From the IMG/VR virus record IMGVR_UViG_3300004829_000008, positions 1-24,240 of that record: DNA of 24,240 nt; one strand, given 5' to 3'. The DNA comes from a virus (taxonomy: Duplodnaviria > Caudoviricetes). Below the pieces are notes generated by a model. It saw only the letters and a list, made by a program, of their open reading frames with translations, had not been told where the DNA came from and searched no databases. Position numbers and translations under genes: made by a program. Below, piece after piece: positions 1-7,172 of the stretch. How positions within the stretch are numbered: position 1 is the first letter of the stretch; the number at the start of each line of letters is the position of its first letter.

Positions 1-875
1 TCATGCAATAACTGTTGCGCAAAACCGTTTCGCAATCCCCTCTTATTCTCAGGGAGTTGCTTATCGACCAGCACAACCGACTCATTATAAGTGCCACCGT
101 TAATCGTGGCAGAGTAGTACGAACTCATATTCATTGCTTGGTTCATACTATCAAGCATTTGCGACATAGCAAGAGAATTTGCAAACATTGCTGAATTGTC
201 TGCTGCAGCAAGTGCCTTTTCTAGACGTTCCTTGCTATCCTTTTCTTCTTCCTCTTCCCTTTCCGCTTGTTCCTTTTCGTCAACCGATTCTTCCTCTTCA
301 TAATCGGCATCAGTATTTCTGTCGAGTTCCACGTTCTCGTCAGCAGTAGCATCATATAGAGTAGTCATGTCAACCTCATAAATGTCTGGCATCGGTTGAA
401 CATAATCTGGGCAGTTAGGATCAAACTGCGGATCGTAACAAGGATCGACCTTGTATGTGTATACCACGTTTGGGTTCTCTACACTACCATTACCGTCTAC
501 CGTAATAGAACCATCTCCCCATGCCTGTCTAGGAATGTTTGGTACAATTGGCACAACCTTATTGATCTCTGTGCCACTCAAACTTCCTGGACGCCATTCG
601 TCAGTCTCACGGAAAATGTATCCAGTGCCCAGCGCATTCTCATTCTGTATAGTCACATCAACTTGTTCGTCAGTAGGTTTGACGATCGTATAGTTGTATA
701 TGATGTTCTGTACGTCTAATCCTGGAATACCACTAGGAAAAACGTTATCCATAGACCAAGTATTACCATTTGCTGCAGCATTTCCGCTGTAATCATAATA
801 CGGTGTGATGGAATCAGAATAAGAGTAGGATGCCCATGAGGACACCACCAATCCCAATAGCAGTTTCTTTAGCAT
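1..875 (-). CDS. Exported protein of unknown function, 3'-truncated by the window edge (signal peptide, Cys-pair motif DPCYDPQFDPNCPDY, acidic coiled-coil)
   Basis: Absent from the ORF track because it has no stop in the window. Hand translation from ATG at 875 stays open to position 1: MLKKLLLGLVVSSWASYSYSDSITPYYDYSGNAAANG...DPCYDPQFDPNCPDY...EEEEEKDSKERLEKALAAA...NKRGLRNGFAQQLLH. It overlaps the upstream gene by 62 bp. Confidence 0.85.
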   Translation of the reverse strand, partial: MLKKLLLGLVVSSWASYSYSDSITPYYDYSGNAAANGNTWSMDNVFPSGIPGLDVQNIIYNYTIVKPTDEQVDVTIQNENALGTGYIFRETDEWRPGSLSGTEINKVVPIVPNIPRQAWGDGSITVDGNGSVENPNVVYTYKVDPCYDPQFDPNCPDYVQPMPDIYEVDMTTLYDATADENVELDRNTDADYEEEESVDEKEQAEREEEEEKDSKERLEKALAAADNSAMFANSLAMSQMLDSMNQAMNMSSYYSATINGGTYNESVVLVDKQLPENKRGLRNGFAQQLLH

Positions 876-1359
876 TCGGTTTATCCATTGCTTCTAGTTC
901 TTGACGTGTAGTCTCAACGTGCGTTTCCCAACCCAACCTTGCTGCATCACCAATCTGCCCATTGTACGGACAAGGTGTACCAGCATGCATCATAGCATCA
1001 AAGACTTTCTGGTCTTGACACATGACTGATACTGCGGCAACCTTCATTCCCATATCGTACAGCGTCTTGGCATTCTTCAGACGAATACAGTTTTCTTCAG
1101 TGAACGTAGTACCAGCAGAGATACCAAGTATCTGAGTTTGTACTGCGCCAGCAACACCGATCGTACAAAGATCAGAGTTGTTGCCCGAACTGAACTGCGG
1201 TGAGATTGCAGATGGGGGTGGTTGTTTAATTGTAGTGGTCATCTGACCATTTGTGGTTACAGTGCTGTCTGTAGTCGACTCAGTGACAATCGGTTCTGCT
1301 AGAACCGTTGCAGGAAATAAAGACATAACGAAGAAAAGCACCTTGCACGATTTGCGCAT
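814..1359 (-). CDS. Exported, C-terminally membrane-anchored Cys-containing protein of unknown function
   Basis: GGAG RBS 7 nt before ATG at 1359, preferred over the track's start at 1392. Signal peptide MRKSCKVLFFVMSLFPATVLA; core PPPSAISP...DLCTIG...ENCIRL...MCQD...GTPCPY; hydrophobic tail IGIGGVLMGILLLF. Confidence 0.85.
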   Translation of the reverse strand: MRKSCKVLFFVMSLFPATVLAEPIVTESTTDSTVTTNGQMTTTIKQPPPSAISPQFSSGNNSDLCTIGVAGAVQTQILGISAGTTFTEENCIRLKNAKTLYDMGMKVAAVSVMCQDQKVFDAMMHAGTPCPYNGQIGDAARLGWETHVETTRQELEAMDKPNAKETAIGIGGVLMGILLLF

Positions 1360-1413
1360 AATGTTTCTCCAGTTAATTGTATAAGCGATCAAGTATTACG
1401 ACGATCACATGCC

Positions 1414-1425
1414 TATTTATAAATA
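1414..1425. promoter_or_regulatory. Palindromic TATTTATAAATA containing a T4-type late promoter (TATAAATA) on both strands
   Basis: TATAAATA at 1418-1425 (+) and 1421-1414 (-), located between divergent genes. Confidence 0.75.
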
Positions 1426-1431
1426 AAGAAC

Positions 1432-1460
1432 TTGACGAGTGCCAAGTTATCGAGTATAAT
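1432..1460 (+). promoter_or_regulatory. Sigma70-type early promoter
   Basis: TTGACG (1432-1437), 17 bp spacer, TATAAT (1455-1460), 28 nt upstream of the hydrolase ATG. Confidence 0.8.
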
Positions 1461-1488
1461 CTCTTTGTCGTAATCGAAAGGAAACCTA

Positions 1489-2010
1489 ATGACAAAATTA
1501 CTCCCCTTCGCACTTGCTGCTGCGATGTTTGTAACCCCTGCTTCCGCAAATGAGCAAAACACCACTACTACTTATCTTGATCCTGAGATTGTATGGTTGG
1601 CAAAGAACGTTTATTTTGAGGCACGCAACCAAGGTATTGCAGGACAACTAGCAGTTGCAATGGTAACACTAAACCGAGTAAAAGACCCCCGATTCCCCAA
1701 CACCATCGAAGAAGTTGTGACACAAGGTCTAACTCGAATCTCTTGGAAAACGGGCAAACCATTCCCTGTCCGCAATAAGTGCCAGTTCTCTTGGTACTGT
1801 GATGGTAAGTCGGACAAGATCCGTGACTGGGAAATGTTCCGAGAAATTTACAAATTGGTGTTGACTTATTACAATAATCAAGGTACAATACCTGATATCA
1901 CTGATGGAGCGACACACTACCACGCAGACTATGTAAGTCCTTCGTGGCGTAAGACTAAGACTCGCACCACAGAGATCGAAGACCATATTTTCTATCGCTG
2001 GGAGAAATAA
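1489..2010 (+). CDS. SleB/CwlJ-type cell wall hydrolase (Hydrolase_2 family) with signal peptide
   Basis: Motifs LAKNVYFEARNQ, AVAMVTLNRV, FPNTIEEVV, CQFSWYCDG, DITDGATHYHADYVSPSW, DHIFY. N-terminal MTKLLPFALAAAMFVTPASA; AAAGGA RBS. Confidence 0.92.
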   Translation: MTKLLPFALAAAMFVTPASANEQNTTTTYLDPEIVWLAKNVYFEARNQGIAGQLAVAMVTLNRVKDPRFPNTIEEVVTQGLTRISWKTGKPFPVRNKCQFSWYCDGKSDKIRDWEMFREIYKLVLTYYNNQGTIPDITDGATHYHADYVSPSWRKTKTRTTEIEDHIFYRWEK

Positions 2011-2231
2011 TGCTAGATTTGATGACAAAGCAACGGTTTTCTCAGATCATTGAGGAGACCGTGCTAGAAAAGAGACTATCCTATATGGATGCTATCTGTT
2101 GGTGGTGTGAACAGAATGAAATGGAAATTGATGTTGCTGCCAAGTTGGTTAATGGTGTCATCAAAGAAAAACTGCGTGTTGAATATCAGGACTTGAATTT
2201 TCTTGAAAAGGGTGCTAAACTACCTATATAA
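2010..2231 (+). CDS. gp33: Late promoter transcription coactivator gp33
   Basis: FSQIIEETV...LSYMDAICWWCEQNEMEID..AKLV...IKEKL..E..DLNFL...KLPI; gp33-gp59-gp32 synteny. Confidence 0.88.
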   Translation: MLDLMTKQRFSQIIEETVLEKRLSYMDAICWWCEQNEMEIDVAAKLVNGVIKEKLRVEYQDLNFLEKGAKLPI

Positions 2232-2242
2232 AATAGGAGTAT

Positions 2243-2845
2243 ATGATGACAGGGTTCGAAGCATACAAGACTTATCTTGCCGTTTCTAACCACTTCCGCA
2301 ATAAGTCGTACGACTACTTCAAGTACAACGGTGCGGTAAAAGTGAAAGCATCTTCATACGAAGTGCGCAAAGATAAATATTTTTTCGAGAAAGCATCTCG
2401 GAAGTTTAAAGAGGAGGATTTTCTAAAGTATCTCGTTTCTAATATGTGCTCAACTGGTGAGTACTGGATCGGAAACTTATTTGGTGGAAACAATCATGTC
2501 CATTACACTAAGTGGAAGAAGCACATAGAATCATTGACGTACAACTTCAAAGAGGAGATTGACTACCTATATGACGCTGAAGAACAGTTCAATAAACTGT
2601 TCGTTGATGATAGCGGAAAGCATCCGTTATTGTATCGCATGTATATGCGCAACAAGGTGTCCCTCGAAACGTTAGTATTGTTAGACTACTTGGTAGGGTA
2701 CACCAAAACGTGGAATAAGAGCGGTGATATGATGCTGCAGGAAGCATCTACGTTAATTAGTAAATACAAACCCTTCCTATTCCATTTCACTAATCCGTCT
2801 AAGGAAAAACTTAGAAAGACAGTATTGGAGATCTACCATGACTGA
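2243..2845 (+). CDS. gp59: Helicase loader gp59
   Basis: GFEAYKTYLAVSNHF...YDYFKYNG...RKDKYFFEK...SLETLVLLD...KYKPFL; AGGAG RBS; synteny. Confidence 0.9.
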   Translation: MMTGFEAYKTYLAVSNHFRNKSYDYFKYNGAVKVKASSYEVRKDKYFFEKASRKFKEEDFLKYLVSNMCSTGEYWIGNLFGGNNHVHYTKWKKHIESLTYNFKEEIDYLYDAEEQFNKLFVDDSGKHPLLYRMYMRNKVSLETLVLLDYLVGYTKTWNKSGDMMLQEASTLISKYKPFLFHFTNPSKEKLRKTVLEIYHD

Positions 2846-3014
2846 TAAAGAAGTAACTGCAACTTTGATTGAAGAAAACTCTCAACTCAAGGGTCGGGTC
2901 AAGGAACTAGAAACAACGATTGCTTATGTAGAAAGGGAACTCCAAGAGTTTCGGGAAGCAACAACCAATATTCAGAATGATATAGCATCAGCAAGAAAAA
3001 TGTATGCTGCTTGA
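2838..3014 (+). CDS. Small coiled-coil hypothetical protein (58 aa)
   Basis: Not in the track. GGAG RBS; ATG overlaps the end of gp59. MTDKEVTATLIEENSQLKGRVKELETTIAYVERELQEFREATTNIQNDIASARKMYAA shows a heptad pattern. Confidence 0.75.
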   Translation: MTDKEVTATLIEENSQLKGRVKELETTIAYVERELQEFREATTNIQNDIASARKMYAA

Positions 3015-3023
3015 AAAAAGTTG

Positions 3024-3052
3024 TTGACTTATCGAAAGGAGTAGGGTATACT
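3024..3052 (+). promoter_or_regulatory. Sigma70-type promoter for gp32
   Basis: TTGACT (3024-3029), 17 bp spacer, TATACT (3047-3052). Confidence 0.75.
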
Positions 3053-3060
3053 CTACTCCT
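3037..3060. repeat. 24-bp near-perfect inverted repeat over the gp32 -10 box
   Basis: AGGAGTAGGGTATACTCTACTCCT is self-complementary except for one G/T pair. Confidence 0.85.
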
Positions 3061-3123
3061 CGTTATGAAGAACGTGGACAAAAAACTAAAACTGTAATAC
3101 ACTGTTATACAAAGGAAAATACT

Positions 3124-4038
3124 ATGGCAAGTTCATTTGCATCTCTTAAGAAGTCTCGCAATGCTTCTCTAAACAAATTGCTGGCAGAGTCACAGAAAGT
3201 TGCTGGTGGCGAACAAGGTTCATCTAACGATGACAAGTTCTGGAAACCTACTGTCGACAAAGCAGGTAATGGTTATGCCGTTATCCGTTTCCTCCCTGAA
3301 CCTCAAGGTGAAGATCTACCATGGGTTCGTATCTTTAATCACGGTTTCCAAGATGTCGGTGGTTGGTACATCGAAAACTCCCTGACCACTCTTGGTGAGA
3401 ACGATCCAGTTTCAGAGTATAACTCTATGCTGTGGAATCGTGGTGACGATGCTGGTAAGGAACAGGCACGTAAGCAAAAACGTCGCCTCTCTTATATCTC
3501 AAACATCTATGTTGTGAAGGATCCAGGAAATCCTGCCAATGAAGGTAAGGTGTTCTTGTACCGTTATGGTAAGAAGATTTGGGATAAGTTGAACGAAGCA
3601 ATGAATCCTCAGTTTGAAGATGAGGATCCAATCAATCCTTTCGACTTCTGGGAAGGTGCTGACTTTAAATTGAAGATCCGTCAACTAGACGGTTATCGTA
3701 ACTACGACAAGTCGGAATTCGACCGTCCTTCAGAACTTCTGGGTGGCGACGACTCTGAGTTGGAGTCAGTTTACGAAGGTCTTAACTCTTTGCAAGAGTT
3801 CCTAGACCGCAAGAACTTCAAGTCCTATGACGAACTCAAGGCAAAACTTGACAAAGTCCTTGGACTTGCAGGTAGTCGACCAACTCCTCAGGCAACTGCC
3901 GATTCGTTTGAGGAAGATACTACGGTTGACATGGATGCTGGTAAGGTTGCGCCAGCACCCAAAGTTAGCGAGACAGTTTCTACCACCGAAGAGGATGACG
4001 ATGATTTGTCATTCTTCGAGAAACTCGCTGACGAGTAG
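3124..4038 (+). CDS. gp32: Single-stranded DNA-binding protein gp32 (Cys-free type lacking the T4 zinc ligands)
   Basis: FWKPTVDKAGNGYAVIRFLP, WYIENSLTTLGENDPVSE, NEGKVFLYRYGKKI, NPFDFWEGADFKLKIR, acidic tail DDDDLSFFEKLADE. Confidence 0.97.
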   Translation: MASSFASLKKSRNASLNKLLAESQKVAGGEQGSSNDDKFWKPTVDKAGNGYAVIRFLPEPQGEDLPWVRIFNHGFQDVGGWYIENSLTTLGENDPVSEYNSMLWNRGDDAGKEQARKQKRRLSYISNIYVVKDPGNPANEGKVFLYRYGKKIWDKLNEAMNPQFEDEDPINPFDFWEGADFKLKIRQLDGYRNYDKSEFDRPSELLGGDDSELESVYEGLNSLQEFLDRKNFKSYDELKAKLDKVLGLAGSRPTPQATADSFEEDTTVDMDAGKVAPAPKVSETVSTTEEDDDDLSFFEKLADE

Positions 4039-4067
4039 AGAGTAATCTCTTTATTGTGATGAGACTT

Positions 4068-4093
4068 GGGGGATCTTCGGATCCCCCTTTTTT
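4068..4093 (+). terminator. Rho-independent terminator with cUUCGg tetraloop
   Basis: GGGGGATC-TTCG-GATCCCCC followed by TTTTTT, directly after gp32. Confidence 0.93.
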
Positions 4094-4094
4094 A

Positions 4095-5924
4095 TTACCA
4101 GAATTCGTACCAAGCAGATTCCCTCTGCACTGGTTGACTTGCAGGAACTGCTGCAGCAGGAACCACAGTAGTTTGATTGACGCTCTGAGAACTATTAGTC
4201 TGAACAGTTGTTGGAGCAGATACGACAATTGGTTGACCAGTCTGAGCATCAACAAGTTGAGTTGATTGCCCTGCAACCTGAGCACCTGATAGACCACCAG
4301 CACCTGCACCAGTAGCAGTTCCAGACATTGGAGCAGCAGGTACACCAAACAACTCCATTAACATACCCTTCATCTTCTGACCAATGTTAAGGTCAATGCC
4401 AAGTATGCTACCGAAGTCAAGGAACGACATATCAAATTCACGCAACGCATCACCTAGACCCTCAAACGGATTAGGGAACGTTGGCATCTGGAAGTCAGGC
4501 ATTTGTGCCTTAATATTATCCCAACTCAAGTCCATACCAAAGATCTTACCAGTCTCTGGATCGTATACAAACTTCATCAGGTCTTTACCAAGACCAACGA
4601 TATAGTCTACTGGATTGAAACTCTCAGGAATCACCAGTTCGTCTTCACCGAACCCGAAAATACCTTTAATCCAATTCCATGCAGGTCTAACTACCCAGTC
4701 CATAACCTTCTGGGCAAATCCAGACCAAACACCAATATATCCTTCCCACAAATTTTTAAGTGCTGTTGTGGGATCTGTGAATAGAGTTTTAACCCAATCA
4801 ACTGCTTTCTTGAGGAAGTTGAATGCACCACCAATCATATCACTGATCAGAGTGGAGAAACTGAATGAATCTAATGTTTCCTCTGCCTTATCGAATCCAA
4901 ACTTACCAAGAACCCATGATACAGCAGACTTGAGCATATCCAATGGAGCACCAATAACCGAGGTCAATAACCCCTTCAGCGCACCTTCAAACCCACCAAG
5001 AATACCGTCTTGCTCAAACCCTTCGATAGCACCTTTAACAGTATCCCAAACCGCCATAATGATACCGAATGGAACAAACAGTCTACCAACAATACGTCCA
5101 ACAGTTCCCATAATCTTGATCACAGGTTGGAGCATGCTGAATGTTGTTCTGAATACGTTTGCGAGTCGACCAAAGAAACTGACACCCTTAACAACATCAT
5201 CTCCAGCACCAACAAAAACCTTGACTTGGCGAATGACATCCTTTAGCATATCGAATGCCTGAGTAAGTGGTTTGATTGTTAGATTCTTGAGTGTCTGTAT
5301 ACCTTTATTCTGCGCAATACGAGCAAAGAAATTGCGGATAGGGCGAAGTGCTTCCCACATCTTATTGAACCGCATATCCATACGTTTCGCAAAGACTTGG
5401 AACTTCGTTCGACCCATCTTCATGATATCATCGAACCACTGACCCATACCTCTGGTCAGAGTATCAAAGATACCTTCCATCTTAGCAATGAATCTGCTAC
5501 CCTTACCCTTAAAGATACTGTTGATGGTCTTAGCAAGTTCTGAGGCAAACCCAACTGCTGCTGCAGCAAGACCAGCAGTAATTGCAGCAATTGCTGCTGC
5601 AATACCTGCGAAGGAACTTTCTTCCTTCTCAACATTTACGTTGACGTCCCCTTCGTCCTTTTGCTTTCTTGCCTCTTCACGTGCTGCTTCGATACGTGCA
5701 AACTCTGCACGATCTGCTGCTGCTTCCGCTGCTGCCATTGCTTCACGTTGTAGGTCAAGTTGCTTACTGAAGGCATCATGTAGGCGATCGACAGACTTAG
5801 TTACGTTGAGTAATCCCGCACGCAAAGACTTTTGGAGTCGTTCACGGTTGTCTTTGTTTGATGCAGTCTGCTCTGCAAGAGCATTAACTATCGGTAAGTT
5901 AAGATCTGCCTTTTGCTTCGCCAT
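4095..5924 (-). CDS. Tape measure / baseplate hub protein (gp29-like)
   Basis: 609 aa; N-terminal coiled-coil, then amphipathic helices with spaced W/F residues, then a T/S/Q-rich tail (PIVVSAPTTV...). Lies downstream of gp26/gp51; length is close to T4 gp29 (590 aa). Confidence 0.75.
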   Translation of the reverse strand: MAKQKADLNLPIVNALAEQTASNKDNRERLQKSLRAGLLNVTKSVDRLHDAFSKQLDLQREAMAAAEAAADRAEFARIEAAREEARKQKDEGDVNVNVEKEESSFAGIAAAIAAITAGLAAAAVGFASELAKTINSIFKGKGSRFIAKMEGIFDTLTRGMGQWFDDIMKMGRTKFQVFAKRMDMRFNKMWEALRPIRNFFARIAQNKGIQTLKNLTIKPLTQAFDMLKDVIRQVKVFVGAGDDVVKGVSFFGRLANVFRTTFSMLQPVIKIMGTVGRIVGRLFVPFGIIMAVWDTVKGAIEGFEQDGILGGFEGALKGLLTSVIGAPLDMLKSAVSWVLGKFGFDKAEETLDSFSFSTLISDMIGGAFNFLKKAVDWVKTLFTDPTTALKNLWEGYIGVWSGFAQKVMDWVVRPAWNWIKGIFGFGEDELVIPESFNPVDYIVGLGKDLMKFVYDPETGKIFGMDLSWDNIKAQMPDFQMPTFPNPFEGLGDALREFDMSFLDFGSILGIDLNIGQKMKGMLMELFGVPAAPMSGTATGAGAGGLSGAQVAGQSTQLVDAQTGQPIVVSAPTTVQTNSSQSVNQTTVVPAAAVPASQPVQRESAWYEFW

Positions 5925-5936
5925 GATGGGTTATCC

Positions 5937-6269
5937 TTACTTTTTCTTTAGAGCATCAGCACCAAAGAATGCCGAAACCAATACTGCGATCGATGCAAAG
6001 TAAGTTGGTGCGATATCAGCGATCAGAGTTGCTGCTTTGTCTAGACCAATCACAGAAGTGACTGCGATCCCAATTGGATATACAAGCAAACCAATCAGTG
6101 AGAACCATGCCATTTTACGAATGGCATCTCGTTGTGCGTCCTGATCTTCCAATGCTTTCCTCTTAAATTCCAAATGCATCTCAAGTTCTTCTGCTGAGAT
6201 GTGACCGTCACCGTTTACGTCTGCTCCATCTAATGCGCCTGCATCGATAGTCTTGGTTTCTTCTGCCAT
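5937..6269 (-). CDS. EF-hand-containing two-TM membrane protein (holin-like candidate)
   Basis: Canonical 12-residue loop DVNGDGHISAEE; TMs MAWFSLIGLLVYPIGIAVTSVIGL and IAPTYFASIAVLVSAFFGA; basic tail KKK; AAAGGA RBS. Confidence 0.75.
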   Translation of the reverse strand: MAEETKTIDAGALDGADVNGDGHISAEELEMHLEFKRKALEDQDAQRDAIRKMAWFSLIGLLVYPIGIAVTSVIGLDKAATLIADIAPTYFASIAVLVSAFFGADALKKK

Positions 6270-6272
6270 GTG

Positions 6273-6455
6273 CTATTTCCTTTGTTTTTGTTTTTCTTCT
6301 TGTTCATCCAAGTAGTTCTTTAACAAAGTCACATAGATATCCCGCTCGAACGGGAGCATATTTTCGAGTTCAGTCAGACTATATTTATGATGCTGCATAA
6401 GGGCAAAGTTCAACTGATACATATTCGCTAGGGAATCATGTATCAGTCCTATTAG
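6273..6455 (-). CDS. gp51: gp51-like baseplate hub assembly chaperone C-terminal module (probably reached by -1 frameshift from gp26; first ATG at 6422)
   Basis: Not in the track. Reads LIGLIHDSLANMYQLNFALMQHHKYSLTELENMLPFERDIYVTLLKNYLDEQEEKQKQRK*. NFALMQHHKYSLTELENM.P.ER.IY is the signature of the short gp51 of marine T4-like phages. Confidence 0.85.
   Translation of the reverse strand, partial: LIGLIHDSLANMYQLNFALMQHHKYSLTELENMLPFERDIYVTLLKNYLDEQEEKQKQRK
6382..6389 (-). promoter_or_regulatory. Putative late promoter CATAAATA inside gp51, upstream of the EF-hand and tape measure genes
   Basis: One mismatch to TATAAATA; about 110 nt upstream of the ATG at 6269. Confidence 0.5.
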
Positions 6456-7150
6456 AAAAAACTTTGCAACCCTTCCAGTCTCACACTGTCTTCTTTACCG
6501 CATTCCTTACATGTCCACTTAACCTCGTGAGATAGTTTTGGCATGTCTTCAAAGAATTTGGTGATCTCTTGGAACTGCTGTTGACTTAATCCGTCAACCC
6601 ACTCGCTCATCTCATCTTCCGAGAAGTCAGAATATACATTCTCCTCATCGAAAACCTGATCAATACAGCGAACAATAATTCGCATCAGGTCTGCTTGGTT
6701 CTCTGTATCAATATCCGAAAGGTCGGACAGAGATGGGTATCGAACCTTGACACCGATGTCGTCTGTAATCTTGATAACGTTCTTGCGCATTTCGCCTTCT
6801 ACAACAATGTCATCAAGGTTAATTTGAATATCTGATTTGTGGGAACATTCGCTTTCGTCTGGGTGACCAATTTTCAGGTTCACTACCTCGCCCACAGACT
6901 TACCACGCAGTTTAAGGAATAGGTACTCGACATCAAACGTGGCAAGTTTACTTGCGTCTATCCCATCAGTGAGGATACACGAGTCAAGCAATTTAACAAC
7001 GGACTTGGTAATTTCCTTTTGGTCATTACCTTCCATTGCCATCAATAGAATCTTTTCTTCCTTAACCAGAAAAGGTCTATAACGAATTTCCTGTCCAGTG
7101 GACGGGATCTTAGCACCAAACTCGGGTGCCAATAACTTAGGAAGAGACAT
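6452..7150 (-). CDS. gp26: Baseplate hub assembly protein gp26-like
   Basis: MSLPKL, IPSTGQEIRYRPFLVKEEKILLMAME, LATFDVEYLFLKLRGKSVGE, FFEDMPKL, CKECG, LEGLQSFF. Confidence 0.9.
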   Translation of the reverse strand: MSLPKLLAPEFGAKIPSTGQEIRYRPFLVKEEKILLMAMEGNDQKEITKSVVKLLDSCILTDGIDASKLATFDVEYLFLKLRGKSVGEVVNLKIGHPDESECSHKSDIQINLDDIVVEGEMRKNVIKITDDIGVKVRYPSLSDLSDIDTENQADLMRIIVRCIDQVFDEENVYSDFSEDEMSEWVDGLSQQQFQEITKFFEDMPKLSHEVKWTCKECGKEDSVRLEGLQSFF

Positions 7151-7172
7151 AATTTACTCCATTCTTTAGTAA

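Noticed and set aside
396-719. Plus-strand ORFs 396-719 and 451-693
   Set aside because: Antisense shadows of the long minus-strand gene 875 to <1; no RBS or recognisable motifs.
4056-6003. Plus-strand ORFs including 4615-5262 (215 aa) and 5488-6003 (171 aa)
   Set aside because: They lie antisense to the tape measure gene and downstream of a strong terminator, with a composition typical of shadow frames.
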